A stretch of 64,000 nt of DNA from Parasitella parasitica NRRL 2501 (lineage: Eukaryota; Fungi; Mucoromycota): contig MU619239.1 in the NCBI GenBank assembly GCA_025201805.1, forward strand, positions 403,000 to 466,999, read 5' to 3'. The notes under the pieces were generated by a model. It made no database searches. It was given only the letters and a program-made list of their open reading frames with translations, and had not been told where the DNA came from. The translations under genes were made by a program, and so were the position numbers. How positions within the stretch are numbered: position 1 is the first letter of the stretch; each line of letters begins with the position of its first letter. Below are positions 37,695 through 51,396 of the stretch, one piece after another.

Positions 37695-39877
37695 ATGACG
37701 AATAAACGAAACCATTCTGCTCCTCGTTCAATGGATGAGCAAGTTAACAGCCAGGATACGAATCATTCAGATATGAATATTAGCCATTCTTCTTGGTTGT
37801 ATAGACTGACAACGGTACCGAATTCGAGCACAACAAAGCTAAATGACAGTGAAAAAGAACCTCAGACAGATGGAATGCTAGATAAAGTTGAAAATGATGC
37901 AAACATTATTGTCGAAAAAAATCATGAACAGCCACAACAAGAAGAAAATGCTCCCAATTATCCCGGCATTGGTATTTGGTCATGGTTGGGCTATCCAAGT
38001 TCTCAAGCAGCTACTTGCACTTCCGTTCCTGAATCAGAACCAGCGTCTGCACCTGTTCCAAACGATGATGTGAATACAGCGAACCAAGAATCAACAACGA
38101 ACGCTCATCAGATGAGCGATGTTACAGTTACACCCAAGCAATCCATTTATCATCAGACCCGTAATTCATCTACTGCTTCCACTAAACAATCCTATTGGAA
38201 ATCATTGTTTACATCGAAAGAGGATACCAATAACAATCAGCAAGATTCTGTCATAATCCTTGACAAGGATGATCCTACAGAGCCAGATATACCCGCAACG
38301 GAAAACGCTGCAGAAGGAGAGCAACGGCGACGAAAACAGCCAGTCGCGCCATCTCGGCATAATGTTGTTTTACCAACGTTCAAAGCCCAGTTTAGCAAAG
38401 CAACTGTTCCGCTCCATCATTCAAGCCCTTCCATATTTTCTAAAGCAATCAATGCTATTAATTCAGTTATTTTTCCACGGAGCCCTCCGTCAGCCATTGA
38501 TGATGAGTGGCACTATATCAATCGGCTGTCAACTGTACTGGATTCACTAAAGGTAAACATCTCAAATAAGCGAATAATTATCGTAGGAGTGCATGGATGG
38601 TTTCCAATGAAGGTTCGTATCAACATAAGTTATATGAACACAGTATAATATGCAATGGTAACTTTTGTATATAAAGCTTGTTCGAAGCATGATGGGAGAA
38701 CCGACGGGCACCTCTATCAAGTTTTGTGAGCAGATGACAATGGCAGTAAAGCAATACTTTGAAAATACACATGGAATCACAATACCAGACGAATCTATAG
38801 TCAGTATCCCTTTGCAGTGGGAAGGGAAAGTGCTTGAAAGAGTAGAAAAATTGTACAGCATTATTGAATCAGATTATAAAAACGTGATAGAAGAAGCTGA
38901 CATTGTTCTGTGGGCAACTCATTCGCAAGGAACTCCTGTTTCTGCCATTTTGTTGCAAAAATTGATCCAAGAGAGCATTATCAAAGCCGATAGACAACCT
39001 ATTTGCTTGCTTGCAATGGCTGGAATATCACATGGACCGTTTCCGTCCCTAAAAGGAAGCCTATTTGTAAAGGTAGAAAAATGTACACGCAGCAAGAAAA
39101 ATACAGAATAGCAAGACTAAAAGATTCAATCTGTAGTACTTTGAAGCGGATGCAGCTAGGGAGCTATTTGAATTCATGAACTCTGATTCAGATATATCAA
39201 TACAATACAGAGAAGCCATGGCATATATCTTGCAAAACAAGGTAAAGACTGTACTAGTTGGTTCAATGCAAGATCAGGTTGTCCCGCTGTATTCTGCCAT
39301 CATGTCTGGTATCAGCCATCCCAATATTTTACGGGCAGTATACATTGACGGCCATATCTACACCAAAGACGACTTTTTGATCCGTCTGATTACGTTTGCG
39401 CTTCGATTGCTTAACGTAGGCTTATCAGATCATGGATTTCTCATACATATCAGTGAAGTTCTTGCGGGGAACATCTACGCTTGGGAAGGCGGCCACTCCA
39501 CAGTGTACGAAGAGTTAGATGTATTTATGCTGCCATTGCAATACCTGTTTGAAACGAAACCCGTCGGTCAATTGGAAATCCTAAAACCAGCATCTCTCAT
39601 ATCTCAAAAGCTAAGCAACTCCAGCGACAAAGCAAAGCAAAAGGTATTGGATACAGTAAAGGCTAGATTGGATCCTTTTCAAGCTAAACTGCGACTTAAT
39701 CCTTTCCATCTTCCATGGGCAATGAGGGGCATATGGGATGACCCTAGAATTCTGGATGATGATACGCTAAGTAGCGAGTTGGACAGGCTGCAGGAACTGT
39801 TTGATAGATGGAACCCTACAAGCGCTAGATTGAAGGAAATCAAGTTTAGATTGGAGCCGTTGAAGGCGAGGTTGTAG
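37695..39877 (+). CDS. Conserved fungal alpha/beta-hydrolase-fold protein (YML020W-like)
   Basis: IIVGVHGWFP, GEPTGTSIKF, nucleophile elbow THSQG, MAGISHGPF, DQVVPLYS, GGHST and NPFHLPWAMRG; two introns. Confidence 0.85.
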
Positions 39878-39990
39878 AATGCAGTATTTGATGCGTATAT
39901 TATTTGACATTGTTTTATTGACTTGGTTATATGTATAAATGTTTCGACTGCAACTACTATATTCAGCTTCCTCTAATATTAATAAACTAT

Positions 39991-41094
<1,104 letters not shown>

Positions 41095-41118
41095 TGCTAT
41101 TGTATTGTTCAAGAGATA

Positions 41119-41133
41119 NNNNNNNNNNNNNNN
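41119..41133. other. Assembly gap (15 N) next to a poly(A) tract
   Basis: N run in the sequence. Confidence 1.
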
Positions 41134-41476
41134 AAAAAAAAAAAAAAAAAAAAAAAAAGAAGGTATTGTGAAAGCTTTCCGCCCTGTTAATTCTACCGAG
41201 GTGGCTTGAGTTGGATGTCACGCATCATGGTTGCATACTTTCTGTTATGTTGATGTAATGCATGATTCAATCAATGCAGCTATTTATTGAAACGATACGG
41301 TATATGCCAATACGAGACTGATTCGAGTTGTGAATCTCTGAAAAATAAAGCACTGTCATGTCAAAATCTTTAGAAATTTGGATTTTATGTAATGAAAAGT
41401 CAGGCAGCTCGAATGGATTCCAAAGATCTCGAATGTTTGGCAATAATTCTTGATATATATACATGTATTGGATCAG

Positions 41477-42915
41477 TTATTCCTCTTCTGCTAAATCAAC
41501 TATGACTGGAGCATCGTCTTCGTCTTCATCCTCATCTTCGTTTTCAGCCACTTTCCAATCAAACTTGTTCAAGATAAAGTATCTAAGCTTTGTATACCGA
41601 GAAACCAGTTTTTCTTCTGATCCTGGAATGTTTCTTTGCAATGTCTGTAATGTCTTGATTAATTATAAAATAACCACACCATATTATGCCTTACCTTTAG
41701 CATGACGCCTGTAAAATTGCCCTCTGACAGTATATCTCGATAGAAATCCTCGGGACATTCATCCAGTTGGAATTGTAGTACGTCTATGATGAATAAATAC
41801 TTGACACCTCTATCGAACCTACCCCCACAAAAAAAAAAATTGCTTACCCATAAACTCTATAAACAGACATGGCTTTTCTGTCATTAGCTCGCTACATGAA
41901 CACAACAGATGGACAAGCTTCTTCCACTGATTGAATCCTGAAAAATTCTGTGCCATCAACAAGCAGACAAATGAAAGCTGCAATTCGCCCAATAACACCT
42001 TGTAATCTATGGCAAGGCAGCCAGTTAATTTGGGCATTTTGAGGCATAGATGTTGGGCTGATTACCATTGTAATAAACATTTTCAAGAAGTTGGCCAGCG
42101 AGCCACGATTTATCCAGGCTCCACCGTGTCACTGTATCTCCCGAGGCACCGTCTGGAAATGACTTGCGTAGATCGAACGCTGTAAAGTCCATACCTTCTT
42201 CTTTTTCAATTGCTTTACCTAATCGTTTATCGTTAAGTGTGTTGATATCTTGATCGGATACATTGACTGATTTGTCTGGCAAATGGGAAACTTTGCCATT
42301 ATTGGGGAGAACCCGTCGAACAAGCCCTGGAATGATGTAATTTGTCAGTTTCTTCCATCTTTGAAAGTAGATGGGCGGTTCAAGAGGATATGGGCCCATA
42401 TTGCGGTCTAAACTTCTGATATCTGCATGCATTTTAGAAGTTGTACGGGCATTACTACGCCTTGTATTGTATCTTACTGGAACGAATACCCTCAAGTTGA
42501 ACGGGGTCTAAATCGGATTCATCTCGAAGATCCTCGGTCTGTGGATCCCATTCTCTTACAAGGATCTGGTAGCCAGCCATAGATGTTTAGATCGTCGCAA
42601 GTTTGCTTTATTGTGGTATTACCTCTTGTGATTCGAAAAAATGAAAAAATCCAGTCCTGATACCTTGAATGCCTTCTTTGCTTGTTGTGCTATAAAGCAA
42701 GACGTTAGTCGCATAATGTAAGCTCGAGTCGAGACGATGTTTATGTACGAAAAGTATATAAAGTGGAGGCCAGGAGGAATAAGCTTGACACCTTTGAACA
42801 TTGGGCCAATTGTCCACGCATTGTAATCAATGCCAAATTCTAGATTAGGCGGTGCGTCCATAAAAAGCATGAAAGCCCCTACATCAAAAAGCTTGTTTGC
42901 GGTTTCTTGATCCAT
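41477..42915 (-). CDS. AAR2: U5 snRNP assembly factor Aar2
   Basis: EFGIDY..W.IGPMFKGVKLIPPGLHF, RTGFF, LDR.MGPYP, SLDKSW, LLGELQLSFV and acidic C-terminus DEDDAPVIV; six introns. Confidence 0.92.
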
Positions 42916-42927
42916 TTGACCTTTGTG

Positions 42928-42965
<38 letters not shown>

Positions 42966-43074
42966 GCAGTCAGAATTGGTTGCCACTTGAGCTTCATATA
43001 CCCAGTTTATTTGGCATGGCAACGAACCGAATTTACGATTCAAGAACATTTCTACTAGGAATTTTTATTTACAA

Positions 43075-45246
43075 TTAGTATAATTCTTGATGCTTCAGCT
43101 TGGAAGATACATGGTGATAGTGCTGTAGATCGTCATTGTATTCCAATTTGCCATCTATGGTCAAATTGCTAACGTGAAATAATGGATTATCCCTATAAAA
43201 TTGCTGGATTAGTACACGGCTACTTATTTCTAGCGATTCACCCTACAGATTGAGTCTTGTGGTTATTTCGGTAAGATTCAAGTCAAGCACTTTACTTATG
43301 AATTCGCCAACTTGGGTGTTTTCATGACTCCCGATCAAATATTCAGCGCCACTCCCATAAGCATACAGATTAACATCAACACCACTATGGCCATGAGTTG
43401 CCCACTGCATTGCAATGTTATTTAGTAAATATCCATGGACACAACGGCAAGACACTTACGCCTAATTGAGCTCGAATGGACACCATGTCTGCTAAATATT
43501 TATCCAAATTGCTCTTTCTCAACAACTGTTTGATTTCCTTTTCTGTTGCGTCCGTGATTCCGAGATTATCTTTCAACACTGTGTCCACAATGAACTTTCT
43601 TGTCAGTGAAGACTGCTGCTTGATCAATTTTTCGAGGTTTATAGTTGAGCTTTTGACTTTGGTCAGCACATCTGGATACCACAGATACTCTGGGTATTCT
43701 TTAGTTACTTGACGTGCTAATGATAAACCGCCGGTTTCATGATCACTGGTTGAAATCATAACCGTGTCGGGATGTTCGTCGACATATTTCTTGACCAGTT
43801 CAACAGTGTTCTGATATTCTAAAATCTCATGTACATGAGTGGCAGCATCGTTCCTACCAACGTTCTGTTAAAATAACGCTCCTATATTCTAATGGATTTT
43901 TGTCACTTACGAGTGTGCGGCCATGTCGATTCGGCTGCCTTCAATCATCAAAAAGAATCCCTTTTCCTTATTCTCAGTTGCCTCGTACAGGATATCTAGG
44001 GCTTTCTTTGACATTTCTGTCAAACTAGGTTGGCTGTCAGGATTTCTGTCGATTTCGTAGTCCATATGCTGCAAGTAAGTTAGTACTTGCATAAGATGCG
44101 CTATAAGGGGTGCTTACGTCTGAGGAAAACAAGCTAATTGCGGGTAATACGCTTCCATCTGAAGGCAGGGCCTCGAACGCTTCTTTACTGTTATGGATGA
44201 CGGTAGTCCAGTTGTAGGAAGATGATGCTTCCTCCAATAGATTGCGGGAATCTGACCTGCAGCCCCCGTCTTTTGAAATCGGTAGGAAGTGACAATACCC
44301 GCCCCCGAACATCAAGTCGACGCTCCTTCCTAACGGGTTGTCACCTATTTGTTGTATTGCTATTGCATTTTCGTTATCTCTGTCTTGCACATGTGCCGAA
44401 AAGGAAGCAGGTGTTGCGTGCGTTATACGAGACGTTGCAACCAATCCGGTCAGCATTCCTTGTCCATGCTTGGCAGATTCTAGCACAGTTCCACAAGGAT
44501 TCAGTTTAGGGCCCACTATTTTTTTTTTTTTTTTTGTTTTGTTTTGTACGTCATTAAGGAAAATAAACAAAAGTGAAAAATGCATGCATTTACCTCCAAC
44601 TGCTCCATTGTACGTTTTCATGTTGCAGCTAAACGCCGTAGCACCAGCAGCACTGTCTGTTACTAGAGTTGATGAGCTCCTTGTTCTAGATTGCCCAACA
44701 TGGATTTTATCCAAGGGCATTTCGTAGTCGTAGGGTTGGTTTTGTGTGTACTGGTAATATGTTCTAGCAAACGAGACTGATGCTGGACCAAGTCCGTCAC
44801 TAATCATCATGATTACATTCTTAGGCTTTTGCAAAGATGCCGTTGATGAGCTCAAGAACCGTGTAGGTTGTTGACCTAGCGACAAACGAGTCAATTTCAA
44901 TATAATAAATGTACAAGGGATAAATTAATTAATTCTTACTGTGAATCCAAGGTTGGCTGACATTGTTGGAACCCTCAATAATGTCTGGCCCTCTCAAACT
45001 CATTGCGATAGCTATTCCAATCACTGATATTACAGTGGTCGTGCAGCCGGTAATAATCCATCTGCGGTACCGGCGCTATTCAATGTTTTAGTATAAATGT
45101 AGCACTGAAAATCATAGGTTCAGTATTACCATACAAGACGGCTGCTTTTCATTCGGAACCCACTCATTGTCTAATGAAATGTCTTCGCTGTATTCTTCTG
45201 TAGAAGATCGAGATGTCTGGTTGGAATCTAGGAGTGGCTCGCTCAT
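43075..45246 (-). CDS. PHO8: Vacuolar alkaline phosphatase
   Basis: NVIMMISDGLG, catalytic VTDSAAGATA, SRITHATPASF, FFLMIEGSRIDMAAHS, STSDHETGG and GHSGVDV; N-terminal cytosolic tail (MSEPLL...) plus one transmembrane segment. Confidence 0.95.
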
Positions 45247-46977
45247 TGATAACAAAATTAAAAAAAGGAAACAATGAGAGAAAAAAGTGAAGAAAGAGCA
45301 GTGTGCTTTTGCAGAAACTTAAAACAATGCGGAGATCTAGCCAACAAGCCAGTAAGTCGTCGATCATTTTCTTTTTTGGGATGTGAATTTATTTGCACTT
45401 TGCCTTTTTAAGAGTGGGTCTTATTGAATCCAACACAAACAATTCCTAACGCCTGTTGGCTTCACATCGATTTTGTACATGGTCTTTTAGTTAATATGCA
45501 TATCATATCAAACGAAGTGTAAAAAGTAAAAGAGCGAATTTCAGTCCCGTGTGTATAATTTTATACAAATTTACTAAAAACCATAAATTATCTCTATATG
45601 CGATATATATGATATACGATATTTGAGCAATTCCAAGATCATTGCTGGCCTCACAGTCTTCAAACTAGGAAGAACAACTATTTGGTGGGCACATTGCCGT
45701 CCAAATGAGTTGGCTAATTGATAAACCTATAGGACCTGGATTCTTTTTCTTGACACATCGCGATTATTCATTGTTTCCTCATCGATACAAATATGATAAC
45801 ACGTCCTCACTATTAGTGAACAAATAATAAGAAATACACACGGGCTCAGTACCCTTTGACTAATTGTTTTATTATTGAGATTGGTACAGGGACGTGGGAT
45901 GATAAAGCATATCAAATAGTGGGTCCGTGCCTTGACAGTTGTTTAAATCAGCCTAATGTTGTTGTTGCTATGGAAACCGTGATATTAAGCTATCCAGCAA
46001 CAATTGAGGTGTTTACTGATCTGTATCAAATGCAAATACAAAAATATATAATACACCTATAGCAAACCGCGGATGCTTAGTACTTGTAGGAGATTAAGCA
46101 CTATATTATTGCATTCAAAATCTACATGTGCAGATCTACCACTTATTGATTTTGTCAAAGGGCGGTGAGGTTTTTCAATGTTTCAATTGGAAAACTAGAA
46201 ATATCAAGTGTCTTGTTAGGGAAAGTTAGATTTGCACTGAATCAAATTGGTCGAGAACTTTGCTTTTTTTCCTTCTTTTAGCTTGCAAATAATAGAGAGA
46301 TACAATACGCGATGGTACTCCTCAATTTCATGTCAGATAACAATGTTGCTTATTAGGTTTATGGTAATAGCCAGGCTTGTGTAGGACCTAATGTAAACTT
46401 GAAAATTTTCCATCGAAAATACTCTTGTCAAAACTTTAACGAAAAAGAAAAAAAAATTGCCTTGTTTTATCTATAAATAATGTACTGCTGATTGTTGTAT
46501 GCTTTTTATCTAGAAATGAAGCTTGCCAAATTCTTGTTTTCATGATCTAGATCAGAAAATATGCCTATTATTGTTTCAACACGAATAAAATTGTCCGGTT
46601 GGTGCATACATTAGGTTTGTTGATCCGATCGACCGGAGATCTCATGCTTCGTATGAGGGACATACTTTACCCATTGCCTCTTGTTTATGGCATATCTCCT
46701 GCAGTGCATAATGTAGACATAATGCCTTGTTTTTGCATATAGCAAATGGTAAATTTTTCAAGAAACTAATATGAATTCGTATCATGATCCAAAGCTCTGG
46801 TTGTCCTCATGGATAGCTTGATGAGTCATGATCTGCTGTATTTTTACAAAATGTACTTGTCGCAACAATCCGATTGTCTCCGCCCAAAAAGGATTACAAG
46901 ATGTCTATGTGATATAAAAAGCACGACATGAAAATCACCTATCCTTGTCTTCTCTTGCAAATTTCGTAAATCAGAAA

Positions 46978-49060
46978 ATGAAGCATTCAATTGACCTACC
47001 AACAACTGAGGTGATTGCAGAAAATGACTTCAACGGCGATACAACTACAGATCAGACGTATGTGTCTGCCAACGACGCCACTAGTGTTGCAGGAGCAACT
47101 ACATCCAAATGTATAACAGGCAACAGTAAAAAAAAGTGCAAGCTCAATGCGTGGTATAGCCTTATGATGGGTGATATCTACGCTTCAGATGATCCTAATC
47201 TATACTCGCAAAACAAAAAAAATGTCATCATAATGCTGGTAGCTCTCAGTGGGATTGCAGGACCAATGTCGTCCATGATGTACATGCCTGGTATTTTGGC
47301 CGTAGTTCAAGACTTGCATACAACAACTTCTGCTGTGAATGGCACAATATCTGCATTTGTTGTATTTATGGGTATATCTGTAAGTTTTTTTTTTTCTTTT
47401 TTCGTCCATAACGTGCATGAGATTCATTATTGACAATTTACAAAGCCATTAGTTTGGGCCGCTTTGAGCGACACCTATGGTAGAAAGCCAATGTACGTTT
47501 ACAGCGGTATTATTAGCGTGGTAAGTTCCATTATTGGAGCTAATTCCTCCAATATTGGCATGCTTGTTGTATTCCGTGCTTTACAGTCTTTTGGCTCAAA
47601 TGCGGGTTTGACATTGGGCGCTGGTGTTATTGCTGATATGATTCCCGTTGAATCCCGAGGCAAAGCTTATGGTATATTTTATACGTGAGTCCTGATTCTT
47701 TTTTTTTTTGTTTTTTTTTCTTTTTATAATAACGTGTGATAATTTTATATTCTGTAGTGGCCCTTTATTAGGCCCTGTCATTGGTAAGTGTATTTGATCT
47801 CTTGCTTCATCATACACAAATCGTACTTACGTCTTTCACATATAGGCCCTACAATTGGTGGTATGTACATCATGCTAGGCTTTTTGAGTTGCGTACATCT
47901 ACTAATCTGATGCTTTTACAGGCTTTCTTTGTCAATATTTGGGTTGGAGATCCACATTTTATTTTACAGCCATCCTATGCGGAGTTTTGCTGATATTCAG
48001 TGCATTTTTTCTGCCAGAGACACTAAGGAAGCAAAGGCCACAAGAAAAACAGCTCGACGACACCCTATCTTCTACGAGCACTACGATACATGTCAAGAGT
48101 AGCTCGTCCTCATCGCCGTCCTTTTTGGCTACACTGTACACCAGTTTCCATCCCATGATTACCATGCTATACGATCCGAATGTTATTCTTTTGATGCTGT
48201 TTAACAGTATTATTTTTGGAAGCTTATATATTTTGAACCCTACCATCACTCAAACATTCAAGCACATCTACGGCTACACTGAATGGCAAACGGGCTTGTG
48301 TTTCCTCTCTTTGGGATTTGGTTTTATGCTAGGTTCTATTATCAGCGGACGGCATTCCGACTATATCCTAAGAAAGCTCTCCAAAAAAAATGCCGATGGC
48401 AAAAAGATCGTTTCTGAAATGCGTTTGCAAGCTGCAGTGCCATCATTTTTTCTCATGCCTGCAGGTTATTTGATTTATGGCTGGACTACAGAGAAGCAAG
48501 TAGGCGTCTATGCTCCTCTTATTGGTTTATTCGTTTGTAAGTTCAACCCATTTGTATCTTTTTATGGCAAGTGTTGGCTCGATTCTCATGTGTACATTTT
48601 TAGACGCACTGGGGCAGATGTGGGCTTTTACTCCAACTTCGGTCTATCTTGTCGATTCAAAGCCAGGTACACAGACATGCTTTTACGATGCCCTACATTT
48701 CAATTAATAATGTATCTATATATATATGTAGGCTATTCAGCAACTGCAGTTGGTGTAAACAGCTGTGTTCGCTGCATTGTTGCTGCAATTACAACGGTGT
48801 TTTCTAGTGCTGCCGTGGATGGTTTGGGTAATGGTATCATGTTTACTATTCTAGCAGTTGTTGGAATATTGAATGGTGGATTTGTTGTTGCTTGCTATTT
48901 GAAAGGCACTAAATGGAGACGAACATTTGAGCAAAAGCATATGCCGGATTTATACATTTTGAATAACCCTGACCTGGCGGGTGTGTCTGCAGTTGTCAAG
49001 CAAAATGAAGAACAAGATCTCGAAAAGGTTTATACTCAACATAGTGCATGTATTGCTTAG
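46978..49060 (+). CDS. MFS drug:H+ antiporter (DHA1 family)
   Basis: DDP..YS..KK, motif A (SDTYGRKP), FRALQSFG, motif C across micro-exons (GPLLGPVIGPTIGG), GWRSTFY, LPETL and SEMRL; about 12 TM segments. Confidence 0.93.
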
Positions 49061-49550
49061 ACCATTTGGATATGCATTTTCATTACCTTTTTTTTTTTGT
49101 TTTTTGTTTTTTGTACACTTATTTTCTGTTTATTCCTACTATATCACTATATTATTATACAACTTGCATCAACTCATTTAATCATACGTATATAAATATT
49201 TATGTTAATGCCTGGCAGCCATTTATTCTTTCCGGATTACATGTAAAAAAGAGACCGCATGCGACCAAAAGGGGGCCAGCCCAGTTTAGTTTCTGACACA
49301 GTCATATTATAGCAATCTGTTGTTATGGTAACATGTTGAGATAAAAGATTTAAAAATAAACATGAAGCGTACAAACATTGGAACCCCAAAGTTCGTGCAT
49401 AAGTGTTATGTGAGCACATTGACTTTCCACGTGGACATCACATCCCCCCCTAAAACATGAAAGAGTGAGTGACTTGTCGCACGATGGGAGATGTGCCCCA
49501 TTCCAAACCACGAGTGGGCCCGCTTGGAGTGGGGTTTTTGGTTGATAAAC

Positions 49551-50048
49551 ATGCAAAAAGAACAACAACAAAGGAGCCCATACGAAATTTTAGGAGTCGG
49601 CCGCTTTACGACGCAAAAGGAAATCCGAAAACGCTACCTACAGCTCTGTAAAACACATCATCCAGACGTTTCAGCAAACAGCAGCGTAGATTTCAGGGAA
49701 ATCACAGTTGCTTACGAGATGTTGGCAAACAACAAACACCAGCAAGCATTAGACATCAAACATCACAGCAACCACCGTAGTCCAATAGACACCAAGCTGT
49801 GGACAAAGAGAAGCTATCTTTTTGGAGTTGCATTGGTTGCCTTTACGTTTATGTATGCATACGAAGGGAAATCTTCGCCGAGAGTGTTGCTGCCTCATGA
49901 GAAAAGAAAATTGGCAGCAGCAGCAGCAGCAGCAGGGGCGGCTCAGCAGCAATTGCCTACTACGAAAGAGCAAAACCAAGTGAAAAGAAATGATGTAACC
50001 CCGTGGCAAGCAGCCGGAATCTCTTTTCGTGAATGGCGAAAAGGCTAA
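49551..50048 (+). CDS. J-domain (DnaJ class C) protein with one TM segment
   Basis: PYEILGV...EIRKRYLQLCKTHHPDV...FREITVAYEML, followed by hydrophobic YLFGVALVAFTFMYAY. Start codon uncertain. Confidence 0.85.
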   Translation: MQKEQQQRSPYEILGVGRFTTQKEIRKRYLQLCKTHHPDVSANSSVDFREITVAYEMLANNKHQQALDIKHHSNHRSPIDTKLWTKRSYLFGVALVAFTFMYAYEGKSSPRVLLPHEKRKLAAAAAAAGAAQQQLPTTKEQNQVKRNDVTPWQAAGISFREWRKG

Positions 50049-50147
50049 AAATATTTTTCTCTCTCTCTCTCTCTTTCTCCTCTCTCTCTCTCTCTTGCTG
50101 AATACCCCTCCCCTTTTTTTTTCTCCCCTTTTCGTTTATCACAATAA

Positions 50148-51308
50148 ATGCCAAGTACCACCCTCATGCTACCGTCAAAGCCTATCGCCATCCCAGGCCA
50201 AACACTGGATAATGAAATGTCTTATCGAGAAATCATTAAACAATTGGCACAGACTACAGCGAAGCCCTATGGCGACATACCCCCTATGATGAAAACAAAG
50301 AAAAAAAAGAGATCCAAGAAGGATAAAGCAGGCTCACCCACGTCAAAGCCAGCGTCACCCACCTCATCGTCCAAGCCTATAAGAAGGATGTCGCATGTCG
50401 AAGACTGGATTGTCGTCGACAGTAAGGAATCTTTGCCTGACGAGGAAGAATTGGTATGTGGGCAGACACAAATTTTAGTGCGATGGGAAAAAAAAAATTA
50501 AAAAATGCTGCTTGAAATACAGGTACGATCACCATTTAGAAATTTTTTGTCTGGAGATTTTTTTACAGAGGTGCTGCCATTGCACATGCCGCCACCTTCT
50601 TTGAGCGAACAGTTTGGATTGGAGGAAGAGCAGGGCGAGGGTAGGAAATTACACGGCGATGCGCAATTATCGCTGGAGCTGATGCAAGAATATGATGGCA
50701 TGAGCGATGATGATGATGATGAGCAAGTCCTGGGCACGAGTTGGAAATCACCATCCACTTCGGTAATGCCCAAAGATTTACTGCGCAGACATTCAATATC
50801 TTCATTTACCTCCTCCGCTTCATCGACCACTACGACGGCGTCGTATGCAGTCTCTTCATCTCCTCCACACCTGTCAAATACGGACCATGAATTATGGAAA
50901 GAAACACTGGCTAAATTAAAAAGGTCTCTATTTGTATCCCCTCCACCAACACTAACACCGGTGCCCGTACCACCGACGACCACAATACCACCAGCGTTCA
51001 AACTGAAAAGAACCAGCAGCAAACTAATTCCAATGCCTATACCGCCCCGAAAAATATCGCAAAAAAGACGATCGGAGGCTACCACACAGCCAAGATTTAA
51101 CCCGGATACCAACACATATACAAGAGACACGCGGTCGAATCCAGACCATCTGAGGATGATTTCCGCTGAATTAAACATGATGAGGGGAAGGAAATTGTTG
51201 AGCCCCCTGAAACCAAGAGGATTTCTACCTAGAAGAAAGGATGCTTTTGTTCGTGGTGCAAGACGAAATAGATCACATTTGATGCAAGAGATTATGATTG
51301 ATAAATGA
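50148..51308 (+). CDS. Hypothetical Ser/Pro-rich protein with a conserved-looking C-terminal motif, 2 exons
   Basis: Two ORFs joined by an intron at about 50454-50523 (GTATGT...ACAG); C-terminal TRSNPDHLRMISAELNMMRGRKL..PLKPR. Confidence 0.8.
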
Positions 51309-51309
51309 A

Positions 51310-51311
<2 letters not shown>

Positions 51312-51390
<79 letters not shown>
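51312..51390 (+). repeat. Poly(T) tract, 79 nt
   Basis: Direct read; starts 3 nt after the stop codon at 51308. Confidence 0.9.
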
Positions 51391-51396
<6 letters not shown>

